Assembly: GCA_963700145.1 (NCBI GenBank)
Contig: OY969474.1
Span: 4,960,001-5,024,000 of the forward strand
Source of the DNA: an uncultured Acidobacteriota bacterium
GTDB taxonomy: Bacteria > Acidobacteriota > Thermoanaerobaculia > Multivoradales > UBA5704
DNA: 64,000 nt
Direction: 5' to 3'
The notes beneath the pieces were generated by a model. It made no database searches, had not been told where the DNA came from, and saw only the letters and a program-made list of their open reading frames with translations. Every line of letters starts with the position of its first letter. Within the stretch, counting starts at the first letter, position 1. Shown here piece after piece: positions 42,415 through 52,493 of the stretch. The translations under genes and the position numbers were made by a program.

Positions 42415-45183
42415 ATGCCCCTCGACGAGTACCGCCGCAAGCGGGACTTCGCGGTCACCCCCGAGCCCGCGGGCAAGCGTAAACCCGCCCGCGGCGGCGC
42501 CGCCTCCAAGAAACGCAAGAAGAAGCCCAAGGGGCTCTCCTTCGTCATCCAGAAGCACGCCGCGACCCGCCTGCACTACGACTTCCGCCTCGAGATGGAA
42601 GGGGTGCTGCGGAGCTGGGCGGTGCCCAAGGGGCCGAGCCTCGACCCGGCCGAGAAGCGCCTGGCGGTCCACGTCGAGGACCATCCGCTCGACTACGGCG
42701 ACTTCGAAGGGGTGATCCCCAAGGGGCAGTACGGCGGCGGCACGGTGCTGCTCTGGGACCGCGGCACCTGGGAGGCCCTCGAGGGCGATCCGGTCGAGGC
42801 CTACCGCAAGGGGCGGCTCAAGTTCCGGCTCGACGGCGAGAAGCTCCAGGGCGGCTGGATGCTGGTGCGCACCGGCGGCCGCGCCGGCAGCGAGTACGGC
42901 AAGGAGAACTGGCTGCTGATCAAGGAGCGCGACGAGGCGGCGCGGCCGGGGAGCGGCGACGCCATCGTGCGCGAGCGACCGGAGAGCGTGACGACGGGGC
43001 AGACCCTGGAAGAGATCGCCGCCGATCCGCAGCGGGTGTGGCAGTCGAACCGGGAAGAGAAGGAGGGTAAGGATACGGTCAAGGCGCGGCTGCGCGCGGC
43101 GGCCGCCCGCGGCAAGGAGGCCGCCCGGGGCAAGGAGAAAACCGGCAAGGTGGCCGCGAAGAGCGCGCCCGCGGCGCAGCGCGCCAAGCCCGCGAAGAGC
43201 CCTTCCCTACCCGATCTTTCTTCGATTCCCGGCGTCAAGAAAGGCCCGCTGCCCGGCGAGATCGAGCCGCAGCTCGCCACCCTGGTCGACGAGCCGCCGC
43301 GCGGCGAGGGCTGGCTGCACGAGATCAAGTACGACGGCTACCGCCTCCTCGGCGAGGTCGCCAAGGGGAAGGCGCGCCTCCTCACCCGCCACGCCAAGGA
43401 CTGGACCGACAGCTTCCCGCCGGTGGCGCGCGCCGCCGCCGAGCTGCCGGTCCGCCAGGCGCTCCTCGACGGCGAGGTCGTGGTGCTCCAGCCGGACGGC
43501 AGGACCAGCTTCCAGGCGCTGCAGAACGCGATCAAGGACCGGCGCGGCGAGCTGGTCTTCTTCGCCTTCGACCTCCTCCACCTCGACGGCTGGGACCTGC
43601 GCGGCGCGCCGCTGGTCGAGCGCAAGCGGGTGCTCGAGGAGCTGCTGGGGGCCGCCGAGGACGGCGGGGCGCTCCGCTTCTCCGGCCACGTCGAGGGGCG
43701 CGGCGAGGAGTTCTACCGCAGCGCCTGCGGCCACAAGCTCGAAGGGATCGTCGCCAAGCGCGCCGACCGGCCCTACCGCTCCGGCCGCGGGCGCGACTGG
43801 CTCAAGGTCAAGTGCCTGTCGCGGCAGGAGTTCGTGATCGTCGGCTACACCGACCCCGAGGGCTCGCGGACGGGCTTCGGGGCGCTGCTGCTCGCCGTGC
43901 GCGAGCCGGCGCGGCAGGAGGATGGCGGCCTGGTCTTCGCCGGCAAGGCCGGCACCGGTTTCGACGAGAAGACGCTGCGCGAGCTGCACAAGCGGCTGCG
44001 CAAGCTGGAGCGCAAGACCCCCGCCTTCGCCAACCCGCCGCGCGGCGCCGAGGCCCGCCGCTCGCACTGGGTGGAACCGAAGCTGGTAGCCGAGGTGGCC
44101 TTCACCGAGTGGACCGACGAGGGGCTGCTGCGCCACCCCGCGTTCCTCGGCCTGCGCGAGGACAAGAAGCCGGAGGAGATCGTGCGCGAGCGTCCGGTCG
44201 ATCAAAAGGCGGCGGAGCCGCCGGCGGAGCGGTCGCGTGCCGCGACCGCTCCTTCACCCTCCGGCAAGCCGAAGAAAGAGAAGGTCGAGATCGCCGGCGT
44301 CACACTCAGCAACCCGGACAAGGTCCTCTACCCGGAGTCGGGGACCACCAAGCGCGACCTGGCGCTCTTCTACGAAGGGATCGGCGACTGGCTCCTGCCC
44401 CACCTCAAGGGCCGGCCGCTCACCATGCTGCGCTGCCCGGAGGGGCGTACCAAGGAGTGCTTCTACCAAAAGCACATCAACGACCAGTTCCCCGACTCGA
44501 TCGAGCGGGTGTACGTCGACGGGCCGAAGGAGCAGCCCTACGGCGCCGTGCGCACCCTGCACGGCGTCGTCTGGCTGGTGCAGCTCGGCGTCCTCGAGCT
44601 GCACGTCTGGGGGGCGCACAGCGACCAGTTCGAGAAGCCGGACATGATGGTCTTCGACCTCGACCCGGACGAGGGGCTGCCCTGGGAACGGGTGGCGGAG
44701 GCGGCGCTACGGATGCGCGCGCGGCTCGACGAGCTGGGGCTGCGCAGCTTCCTCAAGACCACCGGCGGCAAGGGGCTGCACGTCGTCGTGCCGGTCGCCC
44801 GCCGCACCGGCTGGGACGACTTCAAGGCCTTCTCGAAGGCGGTGGCCGAGTCGATCGTCGCCGAGGAGCCCAAGCGCTACACCGCGATGATCCCCAAGGC
44901 CCACCGCAAGGGGAAAGTGCTGCTCGACTACCTGCGCAACGGCCGCGGCGCCACCGCCGTCGTCGCCTACTCGACCCGCGCGCGCCCCGGCGCGACCGTC
45001 TCCACCCCGCTCTTCTGGGAGGAGCTGGTCGACCCCGAGCTGCGCGGCTCAAACTTCACCGTCGCCACCGTTCCCGCCCGGCTCGACAAGCTCAAGTCGG
45101 ACCCCTGGGAGGAGTTCTTCTCGGTACGCCAATCCATCACCGCCGACATGCGGAAAGCCGTCGGCCTCAGGAGCCCGTCATGA
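42415..45183 (+). CDS. ligD: DNA ligase D (phosphoesterase-ligase-polymerase)
   Basis: QKHAATRLHYDFRLE, EIKYDGYR, EGIVAK, FDLDPD and KTTGGKGLHV. Confidence 0.97.
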   Translation: MPLDEYRRKRDFAVTPEPAGKRKPARGGAASKKRKKKPKGLSFVIQKHAATRLHYDFRLEMEGVLRSWAVPKGPSLDPAEKRLAVHVEDHPLDYGDFEGVIPKGQYGGGTVLLWDRGTWEALEGDPVEAYRKGRLKFRLDGEKLQGGWMLVRTGGRAGSEYGKENWLLIKERDEAARPGSGDAIVRERPESVTTGQTLEEIAADPQRVWQSNREEKEGKDTVKARLRAAAARGKEAARGKEKTGKVAAKSAPAAQRAKPAKSPSLPDLSSIPGVKKGPLPGEIEPQLATLVDEPPRGEGWLHEIKYDGYRLLGEVAKGKARLLTRHAKDWTDSFPPVARAAAELPVRQALLDGEVVVLQPDGRTSFQALQNAIKDRRGELVFFAFDLLHLDGWDLRGAPLVERKRVLEELLGAAEDGGALRFSGHVEGRGEEFYRSACGHKLEGIVAKRADRPYRSGRGRDWLKVKCLSRQEFVIVGYTDPEGSRTGFGALLLAVREPARQEDGGLVFAGKAGTGFDEKTLRELHKRLRKLERKTPAFANPPRGAEARRSHWVEPKLVAEVAFTEWTDEGLLRHPAFLGLREDKKPEEIVRERPVDQKAAEPPAERSRAATAPSPSGKPKKEKVEIAGVTLSNPDKVLYPESGTTKRDLALFYEGIGDWLLPHLKGRPLTMLRCPEGRTKECFYQKHINDQFPDSIERVYVDGPKEQPYGAVRTLHGVVWLVQLGVLELHVWGAHSDQFEKPDMMVFDLDPDEGLPWERVAEAALRMRARLDELGLRSFLKTTGGKGLHVVVPVARRTGWDDFKAFSKAVAESIVAEEPKRYTAMIPKAHRKGKVLLDYLRNGRGATAVVAYSTRARPGATVSTPLFWEELVDPELRGSNFTVATVPARLDKLKSDPWEEFFSVRQSITADMRKAVGLRSPS

Positions 45184-46979
45184 AACTGCGCATCGCCCTG
45201 CTGTTCGTCCTCTGCGCCGCCTGCGCCCGCGGCGGCGAAGGGGAAGCCACGCTCCCCGCCACCGTCGGCGAGCTCGTCCGCGCCACCCTCGAAGCGCCGG
45301 TGCCGGCGGAGATCAAGGGGGAGGAGGAGCGCCGCCACGTCTGGGCCGACATGCGCCGCTTCTACCGCAAGCGGCTCTGGCACCCCGCCTGGTTCGACGC
45401 CAGCGGCCCCCTGCCGGCGACGCAGAGCCTCCTCGAAGCCATCCCGATCGTGGCGCGCGAGGGGATCGAGCCCGCGCACTACCGGCGCGAGGAGCTGGCG
45501 GCCTACCTCGCGGCGCTGCAGGACCCCGCCACCTTCGAGGACCCGCAGGTGCAGCGCCGGCTGGTCGCCGCCGACCTGCGCTTCACCTACGCCTTCATGA
45601 CGCTGGCCCACCACCTCGCCGTCGGGCGGTTCAAGCCCGGCTCGATCAAGGCCGAGTGGTACACCAAGCCGCGCGACCCCAACCTCGGCGAGCTGCTGAC
45701 GGCGATGATCGAGAAGCCGGAGGCGCTGGGCTCGGGGCTCGAGGCCCTGGCGCCGCCGCACGAGGCCTACGGGCGCCTGCGCACCGCGCTCCGCACCTAC
45801 CGCGACATCGCCGCCGCCGGCGGCTGGCCGGTGGTGCCGCCGGGGCCGACCCTCAAGAAGGGGGCGACCGGCGAGCGCGTGGCGGCGCTGCGCCAGCGCC
45901 TCGCCGCGAGCGGCGACCTGCCCGGGGAGGGTGGCGCCGTCGCGGCCGCGCCGGCCGACGAAGGCGAGGAGAGCGGGGCGACCGAGAAGCGCGGCTGGCT
46001 CGCCAAGCGGCGCGCCCGCGCCGAGGCGAAGGCCGAGGCCAAAGCCGAGGCCAAGGCCGCCGCGGAGGCCGCCGCCGCCGCGGCGCAGGCCCCGCCGGCC
46101 GTCTACGACGAGGCGCTGGAAGCGGCGGTGCGCCGCTTCCAGGTCCGCCACGGCCTCGAGGAGACCGGCACCGTCGGCAAGGACACCCTCGCCGCCCTCA
46201 ACGTGCCGGTCGCCGAGCGGGTGCGGCAGATCGAGCTCAACCTGGAGCGCTGGCGCTGGATGCCCGGCGACCTCGGCGAAAACCACATCTTCGTCAACGT
46301 CCCGGCCTACGGCCTGCGCGTCGTCGAGGGGAAGGAGACGCCGCTGGCGATGAAGGTGATCGTCGGCAAGGACCAGAGCCGCACCCCGGCCTTCAGCGAC
46401 CAGATGACCTACCTCGAGCTCAACCCCTGGTGGAACATCCCGCCGTCGATCGAGAAGAACGAGATCATGCCCAAGGTGGCTTCCGACCCGGGGTACCTGG
46501 CGCGCAACGACATGGAGATCGTCAGCGACGGCGGCGAGAGCCGCATCCGCCAACGGCCGGGGCCGGCGAACCCGCTGGGGCAGATCAAGTTCATGTTCCC
46601 CAACCAGTTCAACATCTACCTCCACGACACGCCCGCCGACCACCTCTTCGACGTCGCCGAGCGCGGCTTCAGCCACGGCTGCATCCGCATCGAGAAGCCG
46701 ATGGAGCTCGCCGAGTACCTGCTGCGCGGCGACCCCAAGTGGAGCCGCGCGGCGATCCAGGCGGCGATCGACACCGGCGAGAACCGCTCGATCAAGCTGC
46801 CGCAGCCGATCGCGGTGCACATCCTCTACTGGACCGCCTGGATGGAGCCGGACGGGACGGTGCAGTTCCGCGACGACCTCTACGGCCACGACGCGGACTT
46901 GAAGAAGGCGCTGGCCCAGGAGCCGCCGGTCGACCTCGACCTGCGCGGTCTCGAGGAGGCGGTGCGAGCGTCGCGGTAA
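45180..46979 (+). CDS. L,D-transpeptidase (YcbB/LdtD-like)
   Basis: Signal ending CAAC, PG-binding domain, NLERWRW, IYLHDTP and SHGCIR. Confidence 0.93.
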   Translation: MKLRIALLFVLCAACARGGEGEATLPATVGELVRATLEAPVPAEIKGEEERRHVWADMRRFYRKRLWHPAWFDASGPLPATQSLLEAIPIVAREGIEPAHYRREELAAYLAALQDPATFEDPQVQRRLVAADLRFTYAFMTLAHHLAVGRFKPGSIKAEWYTKPRDPNLGELLTAMIEKPEALGSGLEALAPPHEAYGRLRTALRTYRDIAAAGGWPVVPPGPTLKKGATGERVAALRQRLAASGDLPGEGGAVAAAPADEGEESGATEKRGWLAKRRARAEAKAEAKAEAKAAAEAAAAAAQAPPAVYDEALEAAVRRFQVRHGLEETGTVGKDTLAALNVPVAERVRQIELNLERWRWMPGDLGENHIFVNVPAYGLRVVEGKETPLAMKVIVGKDQSRTPAFSDQMTYLELNPWWNIPPSIEKNEIMPKVASDPGYLARNDMEIVSDGGESRIRQRPGPANPLGQIKFMFPNQFNIYLHDTPADHLFDVAERGFSHGCIRIEKPMELAEYLLRGDPKWSRAAIQAAIDTGENRSIKLPQPIAVHILYWTAWMEPDGTVQFRDDLYGHDADLKKALAQEPPVDLDLRGLEEAVRASR

Positions 46980-47003
46980 ACGCAAGGTCCGGCGAGTGAG
47001 CGT

Positions 47004-47969
47004 ATGAGGTCGCTTTCATTTTGCACGGTGATGGGCCGCAACTACCTCACGCGCGGACTCGCGCTCTACGAATCCCTGCGCCGGCACAGCCCGAGCTTCG
47101 ACCTCTTCGTCCTCTGCAGGGATGGGACGACGTTCGCAACACTGCAGCACCTGGCTCTGGAAGGCTTGAGGCCTGTCCCGTTCGACGACGTCGCGGACGA
47201 AGCCTTGCTGGAGGCCGCCGAGGGGCGCACGGAGAAGGAGCTCAGCGTCACCTGCAAATCGTTCTTCACGCTGTGGCTGCTGCGCCGGCATCCGGAAATC
47301 GAATGCCTCAGCTTTCTGGACGGCGATCTCTTCTTCTTCTCGAATCCGGGGGCATTGCTCGATCAGATGGGAGACGCGTCGGTCGCGATGACCGAGCACC
47401 GCTTCCCCGCTCGTCTCGAGCCGGAGACATCGCGCGATCACGGCGTTTTCAACGGCGGCTGGCTCTGTTTCCGCCGCGACGCGCGCGGCCTCGCCTGCCT
47501 GCAAGACTGGAGCGAGCGCTGCCTCGAGTGGTGCTTCGAGCGCGTGGAGGACGGCAAGTACGGCGACCAGAAATACCTGGAGGACTGGCCGCGCCGCTTC
47601 GACGGCGTCGTCGTCCTGAAGCACAAGGGAGCGAACCTCGCGCCGTGGAACGTGGAGGATTACGGCGTCAGCCGGCGAAACGGACAGGTCTTCGTCGACG
47701 GCGCGCCCGTCATCTTTTATCACTTCAGCGGCCTGCGTCAGGTCCGGCCGTGGCTGTATCAATCCGGATTGATGCTCCCGGCGAAAGGCGCGCTGCGCCG
47801 CTGGGTATACCGTCCGTATTTGCGCACGCTCGCGCGCTGGGAGAAGCAGGTCGGCCGCCATCTCGAGCCGGATTGCGGATTTCAGACCGCGGCCGGCGGG
47901 TACTCCGAGATCGCCAGGCACTGGTGGAGCGGCCGCATGATGTGGAAGGTGCCCGTGCACCTGTGGTAG
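47004..47969 (+). CDS. GT-A-fold glycosyltransferase-like protein
   Basis: FLDGDLFF (DxD), GVFNGG, DQKYL, NLAPWN and FYHFSG. Confidence 0.82.
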   Translation: MRSLSFCTVMGRNYLTRGLALYESLRRHSPSFDLFVLCRDGTTFATLQHLALEGLRPVPFDDVADEALLEAAEGRTEKELSVTCKSFFTLWLLRRHPEIECLSFLDGDLFFFSNPGALLDQMGDASVAMTEHRFPARLEPETSRDHGVFNGGWLCFRRDARGLACLQDWSERCLEWCFERVEDGKYGDQKYLEDWPRRFDGVVVLKHKGANLAPWNVEDYGVSRRNGQVFVDGAPVIFYHFSGLRQVRPWLYQSGLMLPAKGALRRWVYRPYLRTLARWEKQVGRHLEPDCGFQTAAGGYSEIARHWWSGRMMWKVPVHLW

Positions 47970-47991
47970 CGCGGTAGATTCTCACGCTCCG

Positions 47992-49974
47992 ATGCCTGCT
48001 CCTCCGCTGCAGCTCGCCATCGTCGGCTGCGGCGCGATCACGGAGCGCGTGCACCTGCCGGCGACCGTCCGGCTCGACGGCGTGCGGGTCGCCGCCCTGG
48101 TGGACGCGCGGCCAGAGCGCGCCGAGGCCCTCGCCGAGAAGTGGGGCGTGCCGCGGGCGGTGGCCGCGCTCTCCGAGCTGCACACGCTCCCCGACGCCGC
48201 CATCGTCGCCCTCCCCCACTGCCTGCACGCGCCGGTGAGCCTCGAGCTGCTGCGCCAGGGCGTGCACGTCCTGGTCGAGAAGCCGATGGCGCTCACTGCC
48301 GCAGAGTGCGACGCGATGATCCGCGCCGCCGAGGAGGCCGGCGTGCGGCTCGCCGTCGGGCTGGTCCGCCGCTTCCATCCCGTCACCCGCCGTGTCGCGG
48401 AGGTCCTCGCCGGCGGCGTCCTCGGCCGCTTGGTGAGCTTCGACGTGCGCGAGGGGCGGATCTTCGACTGGCCGGCGACCTCCGACACCCTCCTCCGCCG
48501 CGCCACCGCCGGGGGCGGGGTGCTCGTCGACACCGGTGTCCACGTCCTCGACCTCCTCCTCCACTGGCTCGGCGAGCTGGAGGTCCTGGAGTGCCGCGAG
48601 GACGGCCGGGGGGGCGTGGAGGCCGAGGCCGAGGTGCACCTGGCGACGGCGGGAGGTGCGCGCGGCGTGGTCGAGCTGAGCCGCACCCGCACGCTGCGCA
48701 ACACGATCCGGATCCAGGGCGCGCAGGGCACCCTGGAGGCCAGCTTCGTCACCAACGAGGTGACGGTCCGCATCGGCGCCGCCGCCGCGCGGCGTGAGAC
48801 GTGCGAAAGCGGCGACGTCTTCGGCGCCCAGCTCGCCGACTGGGTGGCGTCCATCCGGGAAGGTCGTCCGCCCGCCGTCCCCGGCACCGAGGGGCGGCGC
48901 TCGGTCGCGCTGATCGAGGCCTGCGCCGCCCGCAGCCGGCCGTTCCTCCATCCCTGGGATTCGCCCGACCCGTCTCTCTCGGCCACGGACGGCGAGAGCG
49001 GCCTGCGCGGCCGCACGGTCCTGGTCACCGGCGGCACCGGCTTCCTCGGCGGCCGGGTGGTCGAGAAGCTGGCCCTCGAGCACAGGGCGCGGGTGCGCGT
49101 CCTGGTGCGCGACTTCGCGCGCGCCTGCCGCGCGGCGCGGCTCGACGTCGAGCTCGCGGCCGGCAGCGTCACCGACGCGGCGGCGGTGGCCCGCGCCGCG
49201 CGCGGCTGCGAGGCGATCGTCCACTGCGCCTACGGCAACCGCGGCACGCCCGAGGAGCAACGCGCGGTCAACGTCGAAGGCACGGCGGCGGTGGTCCGCG
49301 CCGCGTTGGAGGCCGGCGTCTCGCGCCTCGTGCACGTCAGCACGATCGTCGTCTACGGCCGGACCGTCGAAGGCGACCTCGACGAGACCACCGCCTACGG
49401 GCCGCCGGGGGACCTCTACGCCGAGACCAAGGCCGAGGCGGAGCGCCTCGTCCTCGACGCCCACCGACGCCACGGGCTCCCCGCCGTCGTCGTGCAGCCG
49501 ACCGTCGTGTACGGTCCCTGGGGGCCGGTCTTCACGATCGACCCCCTAGAGCAGCTCGCCACCTGCGGAGTGGTGCTGGTGGACGGCGGCGAGGGGCTGT
49601 GCAACGCCGTCTACGTCGACGACGCCGCCGACGCGCTCGTCCTCGCCGCCACGCGCGATTCCGCCGTGGGCGAGGTCTTCGTCCTCTCCGGCGCGGAGCC
49701 CGTGACTTGGAAGGAATTCTACGCCGCCTACGAGCGGATGCTCGGCGTCTCGGCCACCATCCCGATGGGCGCCGCGGAGCTGCACGCCCTCGCCCGCGAC
49801 GGCGCGGCGGCGCCGTTCCGCGTCCCCGGCCCGCGCTCGATCGACTTCTTCGCCGCCCGCACGCGCGTGCGCAGCGACAAGGCGGAGCGGCTCCTCGGCT
49901 ACCGGCCGCGCTTCGATCTGCCGCGCGGCATGGCGATCACCGAGGCCTGGGCGCGCTGGGCGGGGCTGGTCTAG
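47992..49974 (+). CDS. Gfo/Idh/MocA oxidoreductase fused to an NAD-dependent epimerase/dehydratase
   Basis: VGCGAI, EKP and DTGVH; then TGGTGFLG, YAETK and VVYGP. Confidence 0.9.
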   Translation: MPAPPLQLAIVGCGAITERVHLPATVRLDGVRVAALVDARPERAEALAEKWGVPRAVAALSELHTLPDAAIVALPHCLHAPVSLELLRQGVHVLVEKPMALTAAECDAMIRAAEEAGVRLAVGLVRRFHPVTRRVAEVLAGGVLGRLVSFDVREGRIFDWPATSDTLLRRATAGGGVLVDTGVHVLDLLLHWLGELEVLECREDGRGGVEAEAEVHLATAGGARGVVELSRTRTLRNTIRIQGAQGTLEASFVTNEVTVRIGAAAARRETCESGDVFGAQLADWVASIREGRPPAVPGTEGRRSVALIEACAARSRPFLHPWDSPDPSLSATDGESGLRGRTVLVTGGTGFLGGRVVEKLALEHRARVRVLVRDFARACRAARLDVELAAGSVTDAAAVARAARGCEAIVHCAYGNRGTPEEQRAVNVEGTAAVVRAALEAGVSRLVHVSTIVVYGRTVEGDLDETTAYGPPGDLYAETKAEAERLVLDAHRRHGLPAVVVQPTVVYGPWGPVFTIDPLEQLATCGVVLVDGGEGLCNAVYVDDAADALVLAATRDSAVGEVFVLSGAEPVTWKEFYAAYERMLGVSATIPMGAAELHALARDGAAAPFRVPGPRSIDFFAARTRVRSDKAERLLGYRPRFDLPRGMAITEAWARWAGLV

Positions 49975-49979
49975 GCGCG

Positions 49980-51335
49980 ATGCGGGCCGTCGGCCTGTTC
50001 AGCGACCTCGCCTACTTCCCGGCGCTGGTCGCGGCCATCAACAGCATCCTCCACTTCCGGGTGCAGGCGCGGATCAAGGTCTACGACTTCAAGGGGCTGC
50101 CTCATCTCCTGCGCGGCGGGCTGGCGCGCCACGCCGAGGTGCTCAGCCCGCCGCCGACGATCTTCGGCGACCACTACCTGGAGATGGTGCACTACCGGCC
50201 GCGCTTCCTCGCCGCCGCCGGGATCGACCCCTACGAGCTGCTCCTCGACGCCGACACCGTCGTCCTGAGCGACCTCGAGGAGGCGTTCCGCGCCATCGAG
50301 GCGGGCAACCTCGTCGGCGTGCGCGAGTGGGAATACGTCCACGCCGAGACGGGGCACGAGTACCCGGAGCTGCCGTCCGGCAGCGTCTTCCACCGCCTCC
50401 TCGCCCATCCCGAGATCTACCGCGAGGGACCGCTGCCGATCTACAACTTCGGCCTCCTCGGCGTGAACCGCGCGGCGCACGCGTGGTTCATCGACCTCCT
50501 GGAGGAGGTCAGCCACCACCACGACCAGCTCGCCGGCACCTTCTTCGACGTCGACCAGAACGGGATGGCGCTGGTCCTCGCCTCGCTCCGCCGCGAAGGC
50601 AAGATCGTCCTCCACGAGCTGCCGCCGGAGCTCTGGATGCGCACCTGGGCCGGGCACCGCGAGCCGCGCAAGCTCCTCGCCTTCGAGGACGGCAGCCCGG
50701 TGCTCTACAACGGCGACCGCTCGCGGCGGATGCGCTTCTACCACTACACGGGCGGCATCGTGCCGCCGCCGGAGCTCATCGGCCGCGACGCGCCGATCCC
50801 GGTGCGCTTCGGGCACCTGGTGAGCGACCTGGCGCTGCCGCCGGGGGTCACGCAACGGCAGATGATCGAGTCCTGGCACTACGTCTGGCGCGTGCGGCAC
50901 GAGACGCCGGCCGGCGAGCTGCCGAAGTTCTTCTACGACCTCGGGCCGCTGCGCGCGCCCCGCTGCATCGATCCCGGCTGGCGGGAGCGGCTCGGCCGCC
51001 TGCTCGCCGGCTTCGGGATCGGTACGCAGATCGGCACGCCGCCGGACAAAGACTCACGGGAGGTCTGGGCGCTCGCCTTCGCCTACGACTACGTCGACCA
51101 CCTCGGCTACCGGGCGGGCGAGATCGGCTGGCTCGGACCACCGCTGAATGCCCTGCTCGGCGCCGAGCGCCTGACGATCGGCGAGAGGACGATCGCCTGG
51201 GAGCGCGACGCCGACGTGGTCCTGGGCTTCCGCTCGCGCTACCGCGAGCCGCGGGAGTGGACCGGCGGCGAGCACGCCGCCGCCGCCGCGGGCTACGCCG
51301 AGCACCACCGCGGGGTCTTCCTGGACATCGCATGA
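49980..51335 (+). CDS. GT8-like glycosyltransferase/hypothetical protein
   Basis: YFPALVAAINS, LDADTVV, YNFG, DQ and HYTG. Confidence 0.7.
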   Translation: MRAVGLFSDLAYFPALVAAINSILHFRVQARIKVYDFKGLPHLLRGGLARHAEVLSPPPTIFGDHYLEMVHYRPRFLAAAGIDPYELLLDADTVVLSDLEEAFRAIEAGNLVGVREWEYVHAETGHEYPELPSGSVFHRLLAHPEIYREGPLPIYNFGLLGVNRAAHAWFIDLLEEVSHHHDQLAGTFFDVDQNGMALVLASLRREGKIVLHELPPELWMRTWAGHREPRKLLAFEDGSPVLYNGDRSRRMRFYHYTGGIVPPPELIGRDAPIPVRFGHLVSDLALPPGVTQRQMIESWHYVWRVRHETPAGELPKFFYDLGPLRAPRCIDPGWRERLGRLLAGFGIGTQIGTPPDKDSREVWALAFAYDYVDHLGYRAGEIGWLGPPLNALLGAERLTIGERTIAWERDADVVLGFRSRYREPREWTGGEHAAAAAGYAEHHRGVFLDIA

Positions 51336-51364
51336 AGATCGTCCTCGGCCGGCGCCGTCCGGCC

Positions 51365-52021
51365 TCACCGTCGCAGCAGGAAGACGTACTGGGCGGCCCA
51401 GCGCAAAGGCACCAGATGCCGCCCGCCGAGGAGTCGCCGCCAGCGGCGCCAGGGCCACTCGTCGCGCTCGATCCGCTCGATCGCCAGGCTGCTGCCGCCG
51501 AGCACCCGCCGCCACTCCTCGAAGGTGGCGGCCCGCTCGTGGCTGTCCGGATCGTGCCGCCGCAGCAGGTCGGCGTCGATCCGCCAGCGGAGCGACCGGG
51601 CGTTGGGCACCATGATGCAGGCGCGCCCGCCCCCGGTGAGCACGCGGCGGATCTCCGAGAGAGCGCGGTCGGTCGCGAGGAAGTGCTCGAGAGTGCCGAT
51701 GCAGGTGGCATGCTGGAAGCTGCCCGCGCGGAAAGGTAGCGCCTCGGCGTTGCAGCGGACGAGGCGGGCGGCCGGCGCGTGCCGGCGCGCCATGGCGAGG
51801 GCGGTCAGGGAGAGATCGGCGCCGTGGGCGCGCGCGCCGCGGCGCAGCGCCTCGCCCAACAGCAGCCCCGGGCCGCAGCCGAGGTCGAGCAGCCGCTCGC
51901 CGGGATGGACGTTCAGGTACTCCAGGAAGACGGCGTAGAACTCGGCCGGGCGGAGGTAGGCGAAGCCCAGCTCGGCGTAGGTGCGATCGAACCAGCGCTG
52001 GACGGCGGTCTGGGTAGGCAC
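51365..52021 (-). CDS. Class I SAM-dependent methyltransferase
   Basis: LLDLGCGPG, AEALPF, LEHF and RVLTGGG. Confidence 0.9.
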   Translation of the reverse strand: MPTQTAVQRWFDRTYAELGFAYLRPAEFYAVFLEYLNVHPGERLLDLGCGPGLLLGEALRRGARAHGADLSLTALAMARRHAPAARLVRCNAEALPFRAGSFQHATCIGTLEHFLATDRALSEIRRVLTGGGRACIMVPNARSLRWRIDADLLRRHDPDSHERAATFEEWRRVLGGSSLAIERIERDEWPWRRWRRLLGGRHLVPLRWAAQYVFLLRR

Positions 52022-52038
52022 TGAATCCGCTGCGTAAA

Positions 52039-52065
52039 ACGCCCGGCACGGAGGCCGGGCGCTAC
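52039..52065 (-). repeat. GTAG-family REP, copy 3
   Basis: One loop mismatch to copy 1; supplies the TAG stop of the PTPS gene. Confidence 0.83.
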
Positions 52066-52448
52066 GAAGATCCGACCGGGGCCTCGTAGGCGGCCCAGGC
52101 CACCGGGCTCTCGCGCAGCGTCACCCGCAGCACGCCGGAGAACTTGCCGGCCACCCGCTCGGCGATCTTCTCATGCAGGTAGCGACAGAGGTACTCGGTC
52201 GTGGTGTTGACGCCCGCGAACTCCGGCAGGTCGTCGAGGTTCTTGAACTCCATCGGCGCCAGCACCGACTGCAGCGACTGCTGCGCCGCCCCGAAGTCCA
52301 CGATCAGGCTGTACTCGTCCAGCGTCTCGGTCAGGTAGGTGACGTCCACCTCGAAGGTGATGACGTGGACGAGCTGCGCCGGGCCGAAGATGTCCCCCTT
52401 GAGGGAGTGGGCACACTTCCAATAGTCGCGGAAGGTCAGCGAGTACAT
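52062..52448 (-). CDS. 6-pyruvoyl/6-carboxy-tetrahydropterin synthase family (COG0720) protein
   Basis: AHSL...FGPAQLVH, NLDDLPEF, NTTTE and VTLRES; AGGAG RBS. Confidence 0.87.
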   Translation of the reverse strand: MYSLTFRDYWKCAHSLKGDIFGPAQLVHVITFEVDVTYLTETLDEYSLIVDFGAAQQSLQSVLAPMEFKNLDDLPEFAGVNTTTEYLCRYLHEKIAERVAGKFSGVLRVTLRESPVAWAAYEAPVGSS

Positions 52449-52493
52449 CGGCGTCTCCTGACTGAAAGGAGGGCCGAAGACTATCATCCCGGC

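Noticed and set aside
45930-46100. Ala/Glu/Lys repeat in the L,D-transpeptidase as a separate element
   Set aside because: Low-complexity in-frame linker with no DNA-level element structure
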